Source: a virus. From it: a stretch of DNA of 64,000 bases. A program made the translations under genes and the position numbers. The stretch is taken from the IMG/VR virus record IMGVR_UViG_3300013114_000583, positions 64,001 to 128,000 of that record; one strand, 5' to 3'. The notes under the pieces were generated by a model that was not told the DNA's origin, ran no database searches, and saw only the letters and a program-made list of their open reading frames with translations. Positions 1 to 8,384 of the stretch are shown one piece after another (the stretch's first letter is position 1; each line of letters starts with the position of its first letter).

Positions 1-145
1 CATCTTGGTTATTAGCAACCACCACTGTAGAATTCAGAAGATCATTTAAAATTTTATAGCTTTTTTGCATACCTAAGTCAAGATTGCCAAACACAGACAA
101 AGTTTCAGCCTTCTTAATCAGGAATTCTTCCTTATCCTCCGACAC
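1..145 (-). CDS. Hypothetical protein, N-terminal part (runs off the window edge)
   Basis: Open frame from GTG at 145 (SEDKEEFLIKKAETLSVFGN...) directly after the glutaredoxin stop; not in the ORF track. Confidence 0.5.
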   Translation of the reverse strand, partial: MSEDKEEFLIKKAETLSVFGNLDLGMQKSYKILNDLLNSTVVVANNQD

Positions 146-157
146 CTTTTCCGCCTT

Positions 158-409
158 TTAATTCTCCAAGTGTTCTACTAGGTCGTTGTATCCGCCAAGA
201 AAGATCGGATCCTTTTCTGGGGTAAACTTAAAAACCATCGGGACCGTGTTCCAATCATATTTGTTAACATACTCCATCAACAGGGCCCTGTTTTCTTCTA
301 AATCTCGAAAATGAAATTCCAAAGATTTAGATTCAAGATACTCCTTTGCTTTCACACAATACGGGCAGCTGGTTCGACCCACAATATAAAAAATTTCCCG
401 ATCAACCAT
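158..409 (-). CDS. grx: Glutaredoxin
   Basis: CPYC active site, TVP cis-proline motif, FLGGY. Confidence 0.92.
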   Translation of the reverse strand: MVDREIFYIVGRTSCPYCVKAKEYLESKSLEFHFRDLEENRALLMEYVNKYDWNTVPMVFKFTPEKDPIFLGGYNDLVEHLEN

Positions 410-692
410 TTAACAACTCTTTGTCTTCTGTCTCTGCGGGTTCAGCATATTTTGTTTGCATATAAGACTTTAAAATACCACTCACATCCATCATGGAAAC
501 GTCAATACTATATAGTTTTTTCCTAAAATCATCAATAACATCTATTGATTCAGACAAGTTATTGTCTTCAAATTCATGTTTTTCCAGATCTCTTATGAAT
601 TCCTTTACGGCACCTACATTTGCAAGCGCAATTCTCCCAACTTCCTCCAATACTTCATCAAAATTTACAGTATAAGCTATTTTTACTTTCAT
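402..692 (-). CDS. Hypothetical protein
   Basis: Start MKVKIAYTV at 692 with GGAGG upstream and ATGA overlap with the upstream gene; the longer 758 start is unlikely. Confidence 0.7.
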   Translation of the reverse strand: MKVKIAYTVNFDEVLEEVGRIALANVGAVKEFIRDLEKHEFEDNNLSESIDVIDDFRKKLYSIDVSMMDVSGILKSYMQTKYAEPAETEDKELLNG

Positions 693-967
693 GGTCCTCC
701 TACAGACTTTAATATTATTGCCCCAATAATCCCCACAGTTGTAGTGAAGAGGGTCCAAATCATTCTACTGCTCGTACCTTTCCAAGACTCTAGGGCTCTA
801 ATTCGAGCATAAAGACCCTCGTCTGGATTGTACACTGCTTCTCTTATTTTGGATATGTCTTCCAAAATTTCTTCCTGCTTTTCCTTCACTGACTCCATAC
901 CGTTACAGAGTCTATCAAGCTGAGTCTTCATTTCAATCAAGTGAACGATCCCCTTATCTTCTATCAT
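689..967 (-). CDS. Small coiled-coil protein with C-terminal transmembrane helix (XhlA/holin-like architecture)
   Basis: Coiled coil followed by MIWTLFTTTVGIIGAIIL; GGAGG RBS; CTACTTA motif upstream. Confidence 0.6.
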   Translation of the reverse strand: MIEDKGIVHLIEMKTQLDRLCNGMESVKEKQEEILEDISKIREAVYNPDEGLYARIRALESWKGTSSRMIWTLFTTTVGIIGAIILKSVGGP

Positions 968-993
968 AACGTAACCTCCAAAGATAACCTATA

Positions 994-2580
994 CTAAGTA
1001 GGTTCATATTCTATAATAGACACTTGGGTTGTCAATAAAACCTTTGTAACAGACACGGCGTTCTTTAAGCTAACCCTTGTCACCTTAAATGGATCAATAA
1101 TTCCTGACTCGAACAAATTGCAATTTTCCAGCGTAAGAAAATTATATCCCTCCTCACTAGATAATATACTTTGTGTTTCCTCTTCAGATAAGCCAGAATT
1201 TTTAGCCATAATAACTATAGGATATTTCAAAGACTTCGACATAATACCAACAGCAACAGATTGTTCCTCAGTCAAGCCTAGTTCCGACGGGCCAAGCGAA
1301 TCAAGTACATTACTACAAAATTTAAAACAATTGCCGCCACCCTCTACAATGCCTTCTTCCTGGGCGGATTTAACAGCTTCTAGAGCATCTTCTATTCGAT
1401 GTTTTTTTTCCGTGACCTCAAGATCAGAATTTCCACCAACTTTTATGGTTGCGACACTACTCTGAAGCTGAACCAGCCTTTTTGTTAGATTTTCAGCCTC
1501 ATTTGTAGTGGGTGCTGCTTTAACCAGAGAAGTCAAGTGATCTATTTTCGATAGTATTTCTTCTGTCTTGCCTTCTCCACCTATAATTACTGTATTTTTG
1601 TTCGTGCACCTTATACTTTTCGCGGATCCAAAATTGGCGAGAGTCGCTTGATTTATTTTATCGCCATTGGCGCGTTGAAAGAACTTCGAACCAACAGAAG
1701 TCGCTAAATCTTCCAAAACATCACGACGGTCGTGACCATAACCAGGAGCTTTGATTGCGGAGACTTTCATGGTGCCCCTGACAGAGTTCATTATCAGAGC
1801 CGCCAGCGCTTGACCCTCGATGTCTTCACAAACAAGTATAAACGGGCGCCCTTCACGGGCGACGATTTCAAGACTAGGCAAGATCTGATCAATTGTTTCT
1901 ATCCGGGAATCAGTTACCAAAAACATTGGGTTTTCATAAAAAAGAGTTCTTTTTCTCTCATCCGTTATAAACGACGAAGAGACGTACCCAGCATCAAGGC
2001 GAAACCCCTCTAGCAAATCAAGCAATGTCTCAGATGTTCTACTTTCTTCTATCGTTACAGAGCCCTCATACCCAACCTTATCTACTGCAAGAGTTATTAA
2101 ATCACCAATAGATTCATCATTATTAGATGAAACAGTCGCAATCCTTCTTATATCCTCTAAATCAGTAATCTGTCTAGACTTTTCCTGCGCCAAGTTCAAC
2201 ACATGCGAAGTAACAACATCAAGTCCCCTGGCTAGCTGTATGGGAGAAAGATTAGGATTTTCAAGCATTGCTTCATAAGAATTTTTTAACAAAGCATAAG
2301 CAAGAACAGTTGAAGTAGTCGTGCCGTCGCCAGCCTCAATGTTAGTCCTCTTCGACACTTGTTTTACAATAGTAGAGGCAGCGTCTTCGGTCGGGTCTTC
2401 CAAAGAAAAATGAGATGCCACAGTAACACCGTCTTTAGTTATAAATGGTGGGTGTTGAGAGGTTCTTATAAGGACATTGCGGCCGCGCGGGCCAAGCGTG
2501 GTGCCCACCGCATTCGAGAGTTTTTCCACCCCCGACAAGAGCTTAGAAAATAATGGTGCACCCTGATCAACTTTTTTCAT
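994..2580 (-). CDS. groEL: Chaperonin GroEL
   Basis: TLGPRGRNV, ITKDGVTVA, AGDGTTT, IKAPGYG, RIEDAL, GIIDP motifs. Confidence 0.96.
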   Translation of the reverse strand: MKKVDQGAPLFSKLLSGVEKLSNAVGTTLGPRGRNVLIRTSQHPPFITKDGVTVASHFSLEDPTEDAASTIVKQVSKRTNIEAGDGTTTSTVLAYALLKNSYEAMLENPNLSPIQLARGLDVVTSHVLNLAQEKSRQITDLEDIRRIATVSSNNDESIGDLITLAVDKVGYEGSVTIEESRTSETLLDLLEGFRLDAGYVSSSFITDERKRTLFYENPMFLVTDSRIETIDQILPSLEIVAREGRPFILVCEDIEGQALAALIMNSVRGTMKVSAIKAPGYGHDRRDVLEDLATSVGSKFFQRANGDKINQATLANFGSAKSIRCTNKNTVIIGGEGKTEEILSKIDHLTSLVKAAPTTNEAENLTKRLVQLQSSVATIKVGGNSDLEVTEKKHRIEDALEAVKSAQEEGIVEGGGNCFKFCSNVLDSLGPSELGLTEEQSVAVGIMSKSLKYPIVIMAKNSGLSEEETQSILSSEEGYNFLTLENCNLFESGIIDPFKVTRVSLKNAVSVTKVLLTTQVSIIEYEPT

Positions 2581-2601
2581 ACTGTTTTTTACCTTTTCTC
2601 A

Positions 2602-2630
2602 AGTATAGCACTAATATATAAAAAATTCAA
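2602..2630 (-). promoter_or_regulatory. Sigma70-like promoter for groEL
   Basis: TTGAAT-17bp-TATACT with TG extension (TGCTATACT). Confidence 0.65.
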
Positions 2631-4600
2631 GTATTTTCTTGCGATGAGCCTGATTGTAATTCTTCTGTTTTGGCAATGATTTCTTTAGATGAGGTTATTG
2701 CATCCTCGGCAAGAGCGTCATCCTGCATGCCGCCGGCGATATAAGAATAAGAATTATCCTGAACTGACTTAATGTTCACAAATATGTCAAATATGGCATC
2801 ATTAAGTATGGACGTTATACGATTTAACATATTCTGGGTATTATTCACCCCCACCAGTATCTCCCCAAAAAGCGGTTCGGATTGATTATCGGGCAGCACC
2901 TTCTTGTCGGTCTTGAGATGAATCTCAGCTACAGTATTCTGATTTAAGTTAAATTGTTCTGTTGTCAAAAACCCGTAAGTCTGCTTTAGAGCCCTCTTCT
3001 TCTCATCGGGACCAAGCTCATTGTAGTGAGCTACAGAATCTTCTATGGAAGCAAAAACGCCAGGTTCACTCAACTTCTTCGATCTTCGATCATTTAAAAC
3101 AGACTTTGAATAAGTGTTCATAACACTATTCTTTCCAGATGCGCCTCCGCCATTGTTAGCATTCGCTATGCGGCCGGTGATATTTTTAGCTAGTTTGATT
3201 ACCCTTTTATCTTTGGGGTCATATTTTGGCTCACGGTGGCTGACATTGCCGTCTGGTAGTGTGACGGTGTCTGGATCCGGACTCACAGACTCTATTGCTG
3301 AAATGGTCTGCAATACAGTATTGTACACATTCTGGTATTGCTCCTTCCCTGCCTGTTTGCTCATTTTTGAATTTCCACGAGACTTGTATATTGGCTGAAG
3401 CTCCCAAGCCTCAAGTTCCTCACAAGCCCTGTCGTTACCATTTTTACATTTTGCCTTTAATTTTTCCATAGGTACCTTATTTGGATCATAATGCAAAAAC
3501 AAGTCATCGTTAGTAGACCAATTTAAATTTTTGGTTATTAAATCTAGCGTCTCTTCATCAATCTGCAATTCTGGTGTATCAGCATATGTTGTTAGATTCA
3601 TATCATTTATCTCCATTTTCAAGGCCTTGACAAACACCTTCTCCATCACCTCTGGAGAAGGTAACATTGAACCTGGAAGAGTTGCTTCAAAATCCTCTAT
3701 TTCTCCTGATATGTAAGAAGATGGCAACCGGACACACTCTCTGGATTTTGAAGAAGACTTAGATATAATCTCGAATACGTTATCTAGCGTGAAATCAAAC
3801 CGATACCACCGCAAAACCCCGTTTACATCTAGCCCCTCCTTTTTCTTGTGATCAAATTTTTTGGTGACTGCTAAGTATCTCATAAATGGACTATTAGAAA
3901 ACTTTGGTTCAACCAGGTCAATAACCAAATCGGTAAAGCTGCCCCCTACATGAAGTTTTTTATCTTGATATAGCTTCAAACTAATTGGCACCTCACCTTG
4001 ACTATCCGCGTCGATACGACTCACAAAATCAGCAATAGTGCCAGTATTGGCTGGCACCTGATACCCATTTGCGAGAACAGCCAAAAATGCTTCAAAGTTA
4101 AAGCCGGCTGAAGCTGCATTAAAATTCGAAATGACCTTCGTAAGTGTTTTGAAGAAAACCAAATAAGAAAGGGCCGTTGCAATTTTTGCAGCAGAAGAAG
4201 CCTGAGGCTTATCTTCAAACATCTGGGCCATGGCGGCATCGGGATCATCATAAAATTGAGATAAAGACTCAATTTTCTCCAAAAAATCATTACCCTTAAT
4301 GTTCTTCAAAAACTGAATTAGCCTTTCCCTCTCTGGGCCAGGAACTTCTTCGACTCCTTCTCCTTCTATGTTTGTCCACCCGAGCTCTGACACTGCGATT
4401 TCTGGAATCGCTTGAAGTGTCAGTGTTGCGGACCCAGTTTCCTGAAACTCTCTGAGGAGCTTAACTCTCTCAACTTCGAGATTCATTTTTGCGGGATCAA
4501 GAGGTTCGTCTCTCAATACTTGCTCAACCACCCTTATTAAACTTTTAAGTGTAAAAATGTTGGATTTTTTTATAATGTTGTCTAGAATTGGTGTTTCCAT
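2627..4600 (-). CDS. 657-aa protein with a putative PD-(D/E)xK nuclease-like core; possible internal virion protein
   Basis: GFNFEAFL...IADFV...PISLKLY pattern; late motif CTAATTA 17 nt upstream of the start. Confidence 0.5.
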   Translation of the reverse strand: METPILDNIIKKSNIFTLKSLIRVVEQVLRDEPLDPAKMNLEVERVKLLREFQETGSATLTLQAIPEIAVSELGWTNIEGEGVEEVPGPERERLIQFLKNIKGNDFLEKIESLSQFYDDPDAAMAQMFEDKPQASSAAKIATALSYLVFFKTLTKVISNFNAASAGFNFEAFLAVLANGYQVPANTGTIADFVSRIDADSQGEVPISLKLYQDKKLHVGGSFTDLVIDLVEPKFSNSPFMRYLAVTKKFDHKKKEGLDVNGVLRWYRFDFTLDNVFEIISKSSSKSRECVRLPSSYISGEIEDFEATLPGSMLPSPEVMEKVFVKALKMEINDMNLTTYADTPELQIDEETLDLITKNLNWSTNDDLFLHYDPNKVPMEKLKAKCKNGNDRACEELEAWELQPIYKSRGNSKMSKQAGKEQYQNVYNTVLQTISAIESVSPDPDTVTLPDGNVSHREPKYDPKDKRVIKLAKNITGRIANANNGGGASGKNSVMNTYSKSVLNDRRSKKLSEPGVFASIEDSVAHYNELGPDEKKRALKQTYGFLTTEQFNLNQNTVAEIHLKTDKKVLPDNQSEPLFGEILVGVNNTQNMLNRITSILNDAIFDIFVNIKSVQDNSYSYIAGGMQDDALAEDAITSSKEIIAKTEELQSGSSQENT

Positions 4601-4616
4601 TTATAATACCTCTTAA

Positions 4617-4623
4617 TAATTAG
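4617..4623 (-). promoter_or_regulatory. Putative late promoter motif CTAATTA(TTA)
   Basis: Same motif recurs upstream of about 10 genes, mostly structural. Confidence 0.6.
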
Positions 4624-5285
4624 ACTATTACGTCAGCTATTCCATACTCAATTGCTTGTTCTGCAGATATATATATATCAATGTGCTTATTTAGCATTTT
4701 TAAAATCTTTTTCCTGGTCAGTTCTGTTTGTGCCTCCAAGCACTCAATGTAGCGATCTTGAATCCATTTAACTTCTTTTATCTCATTTTCGACGCTAACC
4801 AAAGAACCATGATAACCAGCCATGACATTGTGAAGCATAATTCTGCAATTTTTACCAATCTTTCTATGTCCCTTGGTTCCATTGGCCAAAATCAAAACCC
4901 CTGCTGACATTACCTTCCCTAAACCAATGGTGCTGATTTCGCACTTTGTTTTAACAACTCTCATTAAATCATATATGGCAAACATATCAACAACAGAGCC
5001 CCCATATGTTGAAACATACATGTCGATAGGCCTTAATGGCTTGGTTTCTTTTGGGTCAATGGCTGGCGGGGAGCAACCGGATGCCAAATAAATTAAAGTA
5101 CCCAAAACCTCTTCTGACTTTTCTTCAGTTATGTCTCCGATGAGCCCAACTGACCGAGACGTCTGAGAATTTTCAGGAGTAGGCATGTTATTTATTATAA
5201 CAATTTGGTTTTCATTTACCTCGGAGACAGAAGCCTCCTCCGGGGATTCCGGTTCCAGGGTTGGTTCCTTCGGTTTTTTTGGCAT
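4620..5285 (-). CDS. clpP: ClpP-family protease
   Basis: YVSTYGGSV, GKVMSAG (catalytic Ser), RIMLH (His), YISAEQAIEYGIAD. Confidence 0.93.
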   Translation of the reverse strand: MPKKPKEPTLEPESPEEASVSEVNENQIVIINNMPTPENSQTSRSVGLIGDITEEKSEEVLGTLIYLASGCSPPAIDPKETKPLRPIDMYVSTYGGSVVDMFAIYDLMRVVKTKCEISTIGLGKVMSAGVLILANGTKGHRKIGKNCRIMLHNVMAGYHGSLVSVENEIKEVKWIQDRYIECLEAQTELTRKKILKMLNKHIDIYISAEQAIEYGIADVIV

Positions 5286-5303
5286 TTTTCCTCTTTTTTT
5301 TAT

Positions 5304-5332
5304 ATTTTAGCACAAAATTAGAAATTAATAAA
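5304..5332 (-). promoter_or_regulatory. Extended -10 promoter for clpP
   Basis: TGCTAAAAT; weak -35 (TTTATT) at 17 bp. Confidence 0.5.
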
Positions 5333-5360
5333 GAAAACGCCGCGGTTGGCGGCGTTTTTT
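5331..5360. terminator. Intrinsic terminator, potentially bidirectional
   Basis: AAAACGCCGC-GGTTG-GCGGCGTTTT hairpin with A/T tracts on both sides. Confidence 0.85.
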
Positions 5361-5391
5361 TGGAGTATTGCTTTAATAAAGAAATTTTTGT

Positions 5392-6012
5392 TTAACGTTG
5401 GATAGCTTGCTGTACCAAGCGCTTAGTCACTCTTTCTAAAACTTTTTTTGTCAGCTGTTCAACAGATTCTGCAACCATCTCATCCTCGGGGGCCTCACCT
5501 TCTTCTCCTCCAGGTGGCTCCATAGCGAACTCTTCACCTTCTTCACCTTCTTCACCTTCAGGTGGCTCCATAGCGAACTCTTCACCTTCAAGGTCTTCTT
5601 CACCCTCCTCTCCGCCAGAGGCGTCTATAATGCTTTGTAAAACCTCGACAGCAGTGCGAAGAGCGGCGACCTGTTCTTCGTCAACAGTGACATCCACATC
5701 TTCTTCCGCTTCTGCTTCGGCGGCTTCGGGATCGGCTTCGCCGGCTCCTTCATCATCCATGGCGACGGGCTCTTCGGCGGCAGGGTCTTCAGGCTCTGGT
5801 TCGGGGTCTACCTCGAAAAGACCTAAGTCCTCTTCTCCCATGGCGCCCAGGTCCTCCTCATATGGATCTAAACCCTCCTCTACTTCCTCGTTGGCGGGCC
5901 ACTCTGATTCTTCCACGGTTTCATTAATAAAGCGGTTAGAATGGCTTGAATTACCTGCTAATTCCATAAACCTTCTAATCCTTGATTCTCCTAATAAAGC
6001 TTTCTTTGACAT
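5392..6012 (-). CDS. Highly acidic low-complexity protein, possible prohead core/internal head protein
   Basis: Start MSKKALLGESRIRRFMELAG at 6012 with AGGAG RBS; E/D/P/G-rich; EEFAMEPP duplicated; own late motif (6056-6062) and terminator. Confidence 0.65.
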   Translation of the reverse strand: MSKKALLGESRIRRFMELAGNSSHSNRFINETVEESEWPANEEVEEGLDPYEEDLGAMGEEDLGLFEVDPEPEPEDPAAEEPVAMDDEGAGEADPEAAEAEAEEDVDVTVDEEQVAALRTAVEVLQSIIDASGGEEGEEDLEGEEFAMEPPEGEEGEEGEEFAMEPPGGEEGEAPEDEMVAESVEQLTKKVLERVTKRLVQQAIQR

Positions 6013-6055
6013 TTGTTTTACTCCTTTAACGCTAGACAAAATAATGGTCGTATAA

Positions 6056-6062
6056 TAAGTAG
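6056..6062 (-). promoter_or_regulatory. Putative late promoter motif CTACTTA(TTA)
   Basis: Matches the CTAnTTA consensus in an intergenic position. Confidence 0.55.
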
Positions 6063-6065
6063 TTT

Positions 6066-6329
6066 CTATTTTTCTAAAAGATTTAACAAATTTCCTCTAT
6101 TTTTCAACTTCTTTAGAGCTGCTTTTTCAATTTGCGAAATCCTAACAAAACTAAGATTAAGTCTTTTACCTATTTCTTGTAAAGACATCCTCCCATTAAC
6201 ATAAATAGAAATTAAAGAACAATTATTGTCATCTTTATAAGAAATCCAGTGTTTACAATCAGTGCAGGGGCATGAAACGTCCTCTTCCATGCACTTTTTG
6301 GCACAACTAATTAATGGCTTGTCTTTCAC
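6066..6329 (-). CDS. Cys-rich N-terminus plus sigma70 region 4-like HTH protein
   Basis: MSLQEIGKRLNLSFVRISQIEKAALKKL resembles RpoD region 4.2; six Cys in the N-terminal part. Confidence 0.85.
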   Translation of the reverse strand: MKDKPLISCAKKCMEEDVSCPCTDCKHWISYKDDNNCSLISIYVNGRMSLQEIGKRLNLSFVRISQIEKAALKKLKNRGNLLNLLEK

Positions 6330-6637
6330 AAATCACCATTCTCTTCCTCTAAAAGAGAGTAAAGTTGCTCTTTTTCCTCCTCGGACATGGAGTACTTCGC
6401 TACATTCTTGATCCCTTCAGAGTACGCATCCAAGCTAAGAGCGACACGACTTTTACTAAAACTACTGTCCAGTTCCATCACTTCTTTGAGGACGATTTCA
6501 AAAAAACTAGGATTATTAATATAAAATTCAACCAACCGACCAAGAAGCTTTTGTTGACTCAGGCCATCGTGGCGAAGTTTAATTTTAAAATCTACATATT
6601 CTTTCTCGCCAATATGAAAGGATATCGTTCTTTTCAT
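6326..6637 (-). CDS. Hypothetical protein, possibly ribbon-helix-helix DNA-binding
   Basis: N-terminal alternating beta strand KRTISFHI followed by two helices; translationally coupled to neighbours. Confidence 0.5.
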   Translation of the reverse strand: MKRTISFHIGEKEYVDFKIKLRHDGLSQQKLLGRLVEFYINNPSFFEIVLKEVMELDSSFSKSRVALSLDAYSEGIKNVAKYSMSEEEKEQLYSLLEEENGDL

Positions 6638-7737
6638 CGTGGCCCTAAAATATGGGTATGACTCTCAGATTGTCCAGCAGAAGTTTGTATAACGAACTCG
6701 CACTTCTGCCTTAGCTCAAAAATAGTTCTAGCCCCACTATAAGATAACCCTGATTTCAAGTTTGATTCCAAGTCCTTTAAAATATTGATAACACTGCCCT
6801 TATAAGGTATCGTGGTTGAGATCCCTTCCAGGGAAGTAGCAAACCCCCTCCATTCTTCCTGAGCTTCTACGGACGCCATCCCTCTATAAACTTTATATTT
6901 TTCTCCTGTCTTTTTTTGAAATATTGTACCAGGAGACTCAGTTGTGCCAGCCAACATAGACCCAAGCATTACAAAATCTGACCCACTGGCCAAGGCTTTA
7001 ACAGCATCTCCGGAAGATCTTATTCCCCCATCAGCAATAATAGCGGCAGGCTTAAAATCAACCCCTGTCTTTTCTTGTGTTCCTCTCGCTATGTGACATG
7101 CCATTATTGATTGTAATGTCGGAACACCATGGCCAGTTTGAGTCCTCGTTGAGCAAATAGACCCGCCACCTATGCCAACTCTCACCGCGTCCGCCCCCCA
7201 GTGAGACAAGTCTATATACCCTTCTGGCATTGCAACATTTCCTGCTATAATATAAACTTCGCTACCGAAAATATCCCTAAAAGATTTAATCGCCCTTTCC
7301 ATGAGGGAGTGGTGGCCGTGGGCGATATCTAAGCACATAACCCTTGCTCCCGCATCCCAGATAGCAGTAGCCCTATCAATGTAATCTCCTGTGACACCTA
7401 CCGCGGCGGCGGGGCGCTGGGATTCTTGCAAGACGTCTTGAACCATTTTTACTTGATCATCTATTGAACAATATCTGTGAATGATCCCTAAACCACCATG
7501 CTTGGACATAACAGCAGACATGGCCGGACCCGTGACCGTATCCATAGGACTGGACATGATTGGTAGCCTAAATTGGATATCTCTTAAATCCGAATATAGA
7601 TCAATCTCTTTCCTGCTCTCGATGTTGCTATACTTCGGAACCATCAATAAATCATCGAAACTTAAAGTATATTTAAAAATATTTGTTGTTGCCATCTTAG
7701 TTAACACTATTCTATCTCCCCGAAGCAAGACGGACAC
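6634..7737 (-). CDS. guaB: IMP dehydrogenase (GuaB/GuaC family, no CBS domains)
   Basis: [27 protein letters not shown] (catalytic Cys), IIADGGI, YRGMAS, EG; true start may be GTG 7707 or ATG 7695. Confidence 0.88.
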   Translation of the reverse strand: MSVLLRGDRIVLTKMATTNIFKYTLSFDDLLMVPKYSNIESRKEIDLYSDLRDIQFRLPIMSSPMDTVTGPAMSAVMSKHGGLGIIHRYCSIDDQVKMVQDVLQESQRPAAAVGVTGDYIDRATAIWDAGARVMCLDIAHGHHSLMERAIKSFRDIFGSEVYIIAGNVAMPEGYIDLSHWGADAVRVGIGGGSICSTRTQTGHGVPTLQSIMACHIARGTQEKTGVDFKPAAIIADGGIRSSGDAVKALASGSDFVMLGSMLAGTTESPGTIFQKKTGEKYKVYRGMASVEAQEEWRGFATSLEGISTTIPYKGSVINILKDLESNLKSGLSYSGARTIFELRQKCEFVIQTSAGQSESHTHILGPR

Positions 7738-7931
7738 GTCAATTTGATTTTTCCATTATTATTTTCCATGTGCCAATCATCAATCTTTTCTCCCTCAATG
7801 GTATTCGGAATTCGAAAACAACCAGTACACATAACTGACTTTTCAAAATTCTTCATTGTTTTTTTAAAATTCTTAACAAACTCCTTCTGTTTAACCCTTC
7901 TGAGTTTTCGTTCTAAGGACGCCACTATCAA
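7707..7931 (-). CDS. Small putative zinc-binding protein
   Basis: CTGC...CPSC pairs; basic N-terminus; coupled to dUTPase. Confidence 0.6.
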   Translation of the reverse strand: MIVASLERKLRRVKQKEFVKNFKKTMKNFEKSVMCTGCFRIPNTIEGEKIDDWHMENNNGKIKLTCPSCFGEIE

Positions 7932-8374
7932 ACCCCCGTCGAGCCAAAGCCGCCGTCGCCGCGGGAAGATGGAGAATCATAAATTGCATCTTCAGTGATT
8001 ATTTCCAACTCCGGGTAGGCGATCGGGATGCAGACGGCCTGGGCGATTTTAGACCCAGATTCAATAGTTTGTGGCTTATTCCCAACATTTTGTAAATTAA
8101 TAAAAATTTCACCATCATAACCATGGTCAATGACGCATGCGCCGGTGACGAGCTGTCGCTTGCTAGCAATACCCGACTTGTTCATTATTTGAATCATGTG
8201 ATTCTCGGGGACTTCCATCTTAATCCCTGTTTCAAGTACTATTGAAACCCCAGGAGGAATAGTGACTATCATCTCCTCCTCCGGACTAAAAAACATATCC
8301 ATGCCCGCGTCTGTCCCGTGGGCCCTTACTGGGATTTTTGCATTTTCTCTAACTTTATAAACCTTAACTTTCAT
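7928..8374 (-). CDS. dut: Trimeric dUTPase
   Basis: AGMD, KSG, VIDHGYDGEI, KIAQ, RGDGGFGSTG motifs. Confidence 0.96.
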   Translation of the reverse strand: MKVKVYKVRENAKIPVRAHGTDAGMDMFFSPEEEMIVTIPPGVSIVLETGIKMEVPENHMIQIMNKSGIASKRQLVTGACVIDHGYDGEIFINLQNVGNKPQTIESGSKIAQAVCIPIAYPELEIITEDAIYDSPSSRGDGGFGSTGV

Positions 8375-8384
8375 TTTTCCTCCC

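Noticed and set aside
5505-5595. Duplicated EGEEFAMEPP segment as a regulatory repeat
   Set aside because: It is an in-frame low-complexity duplication in a disordered protein
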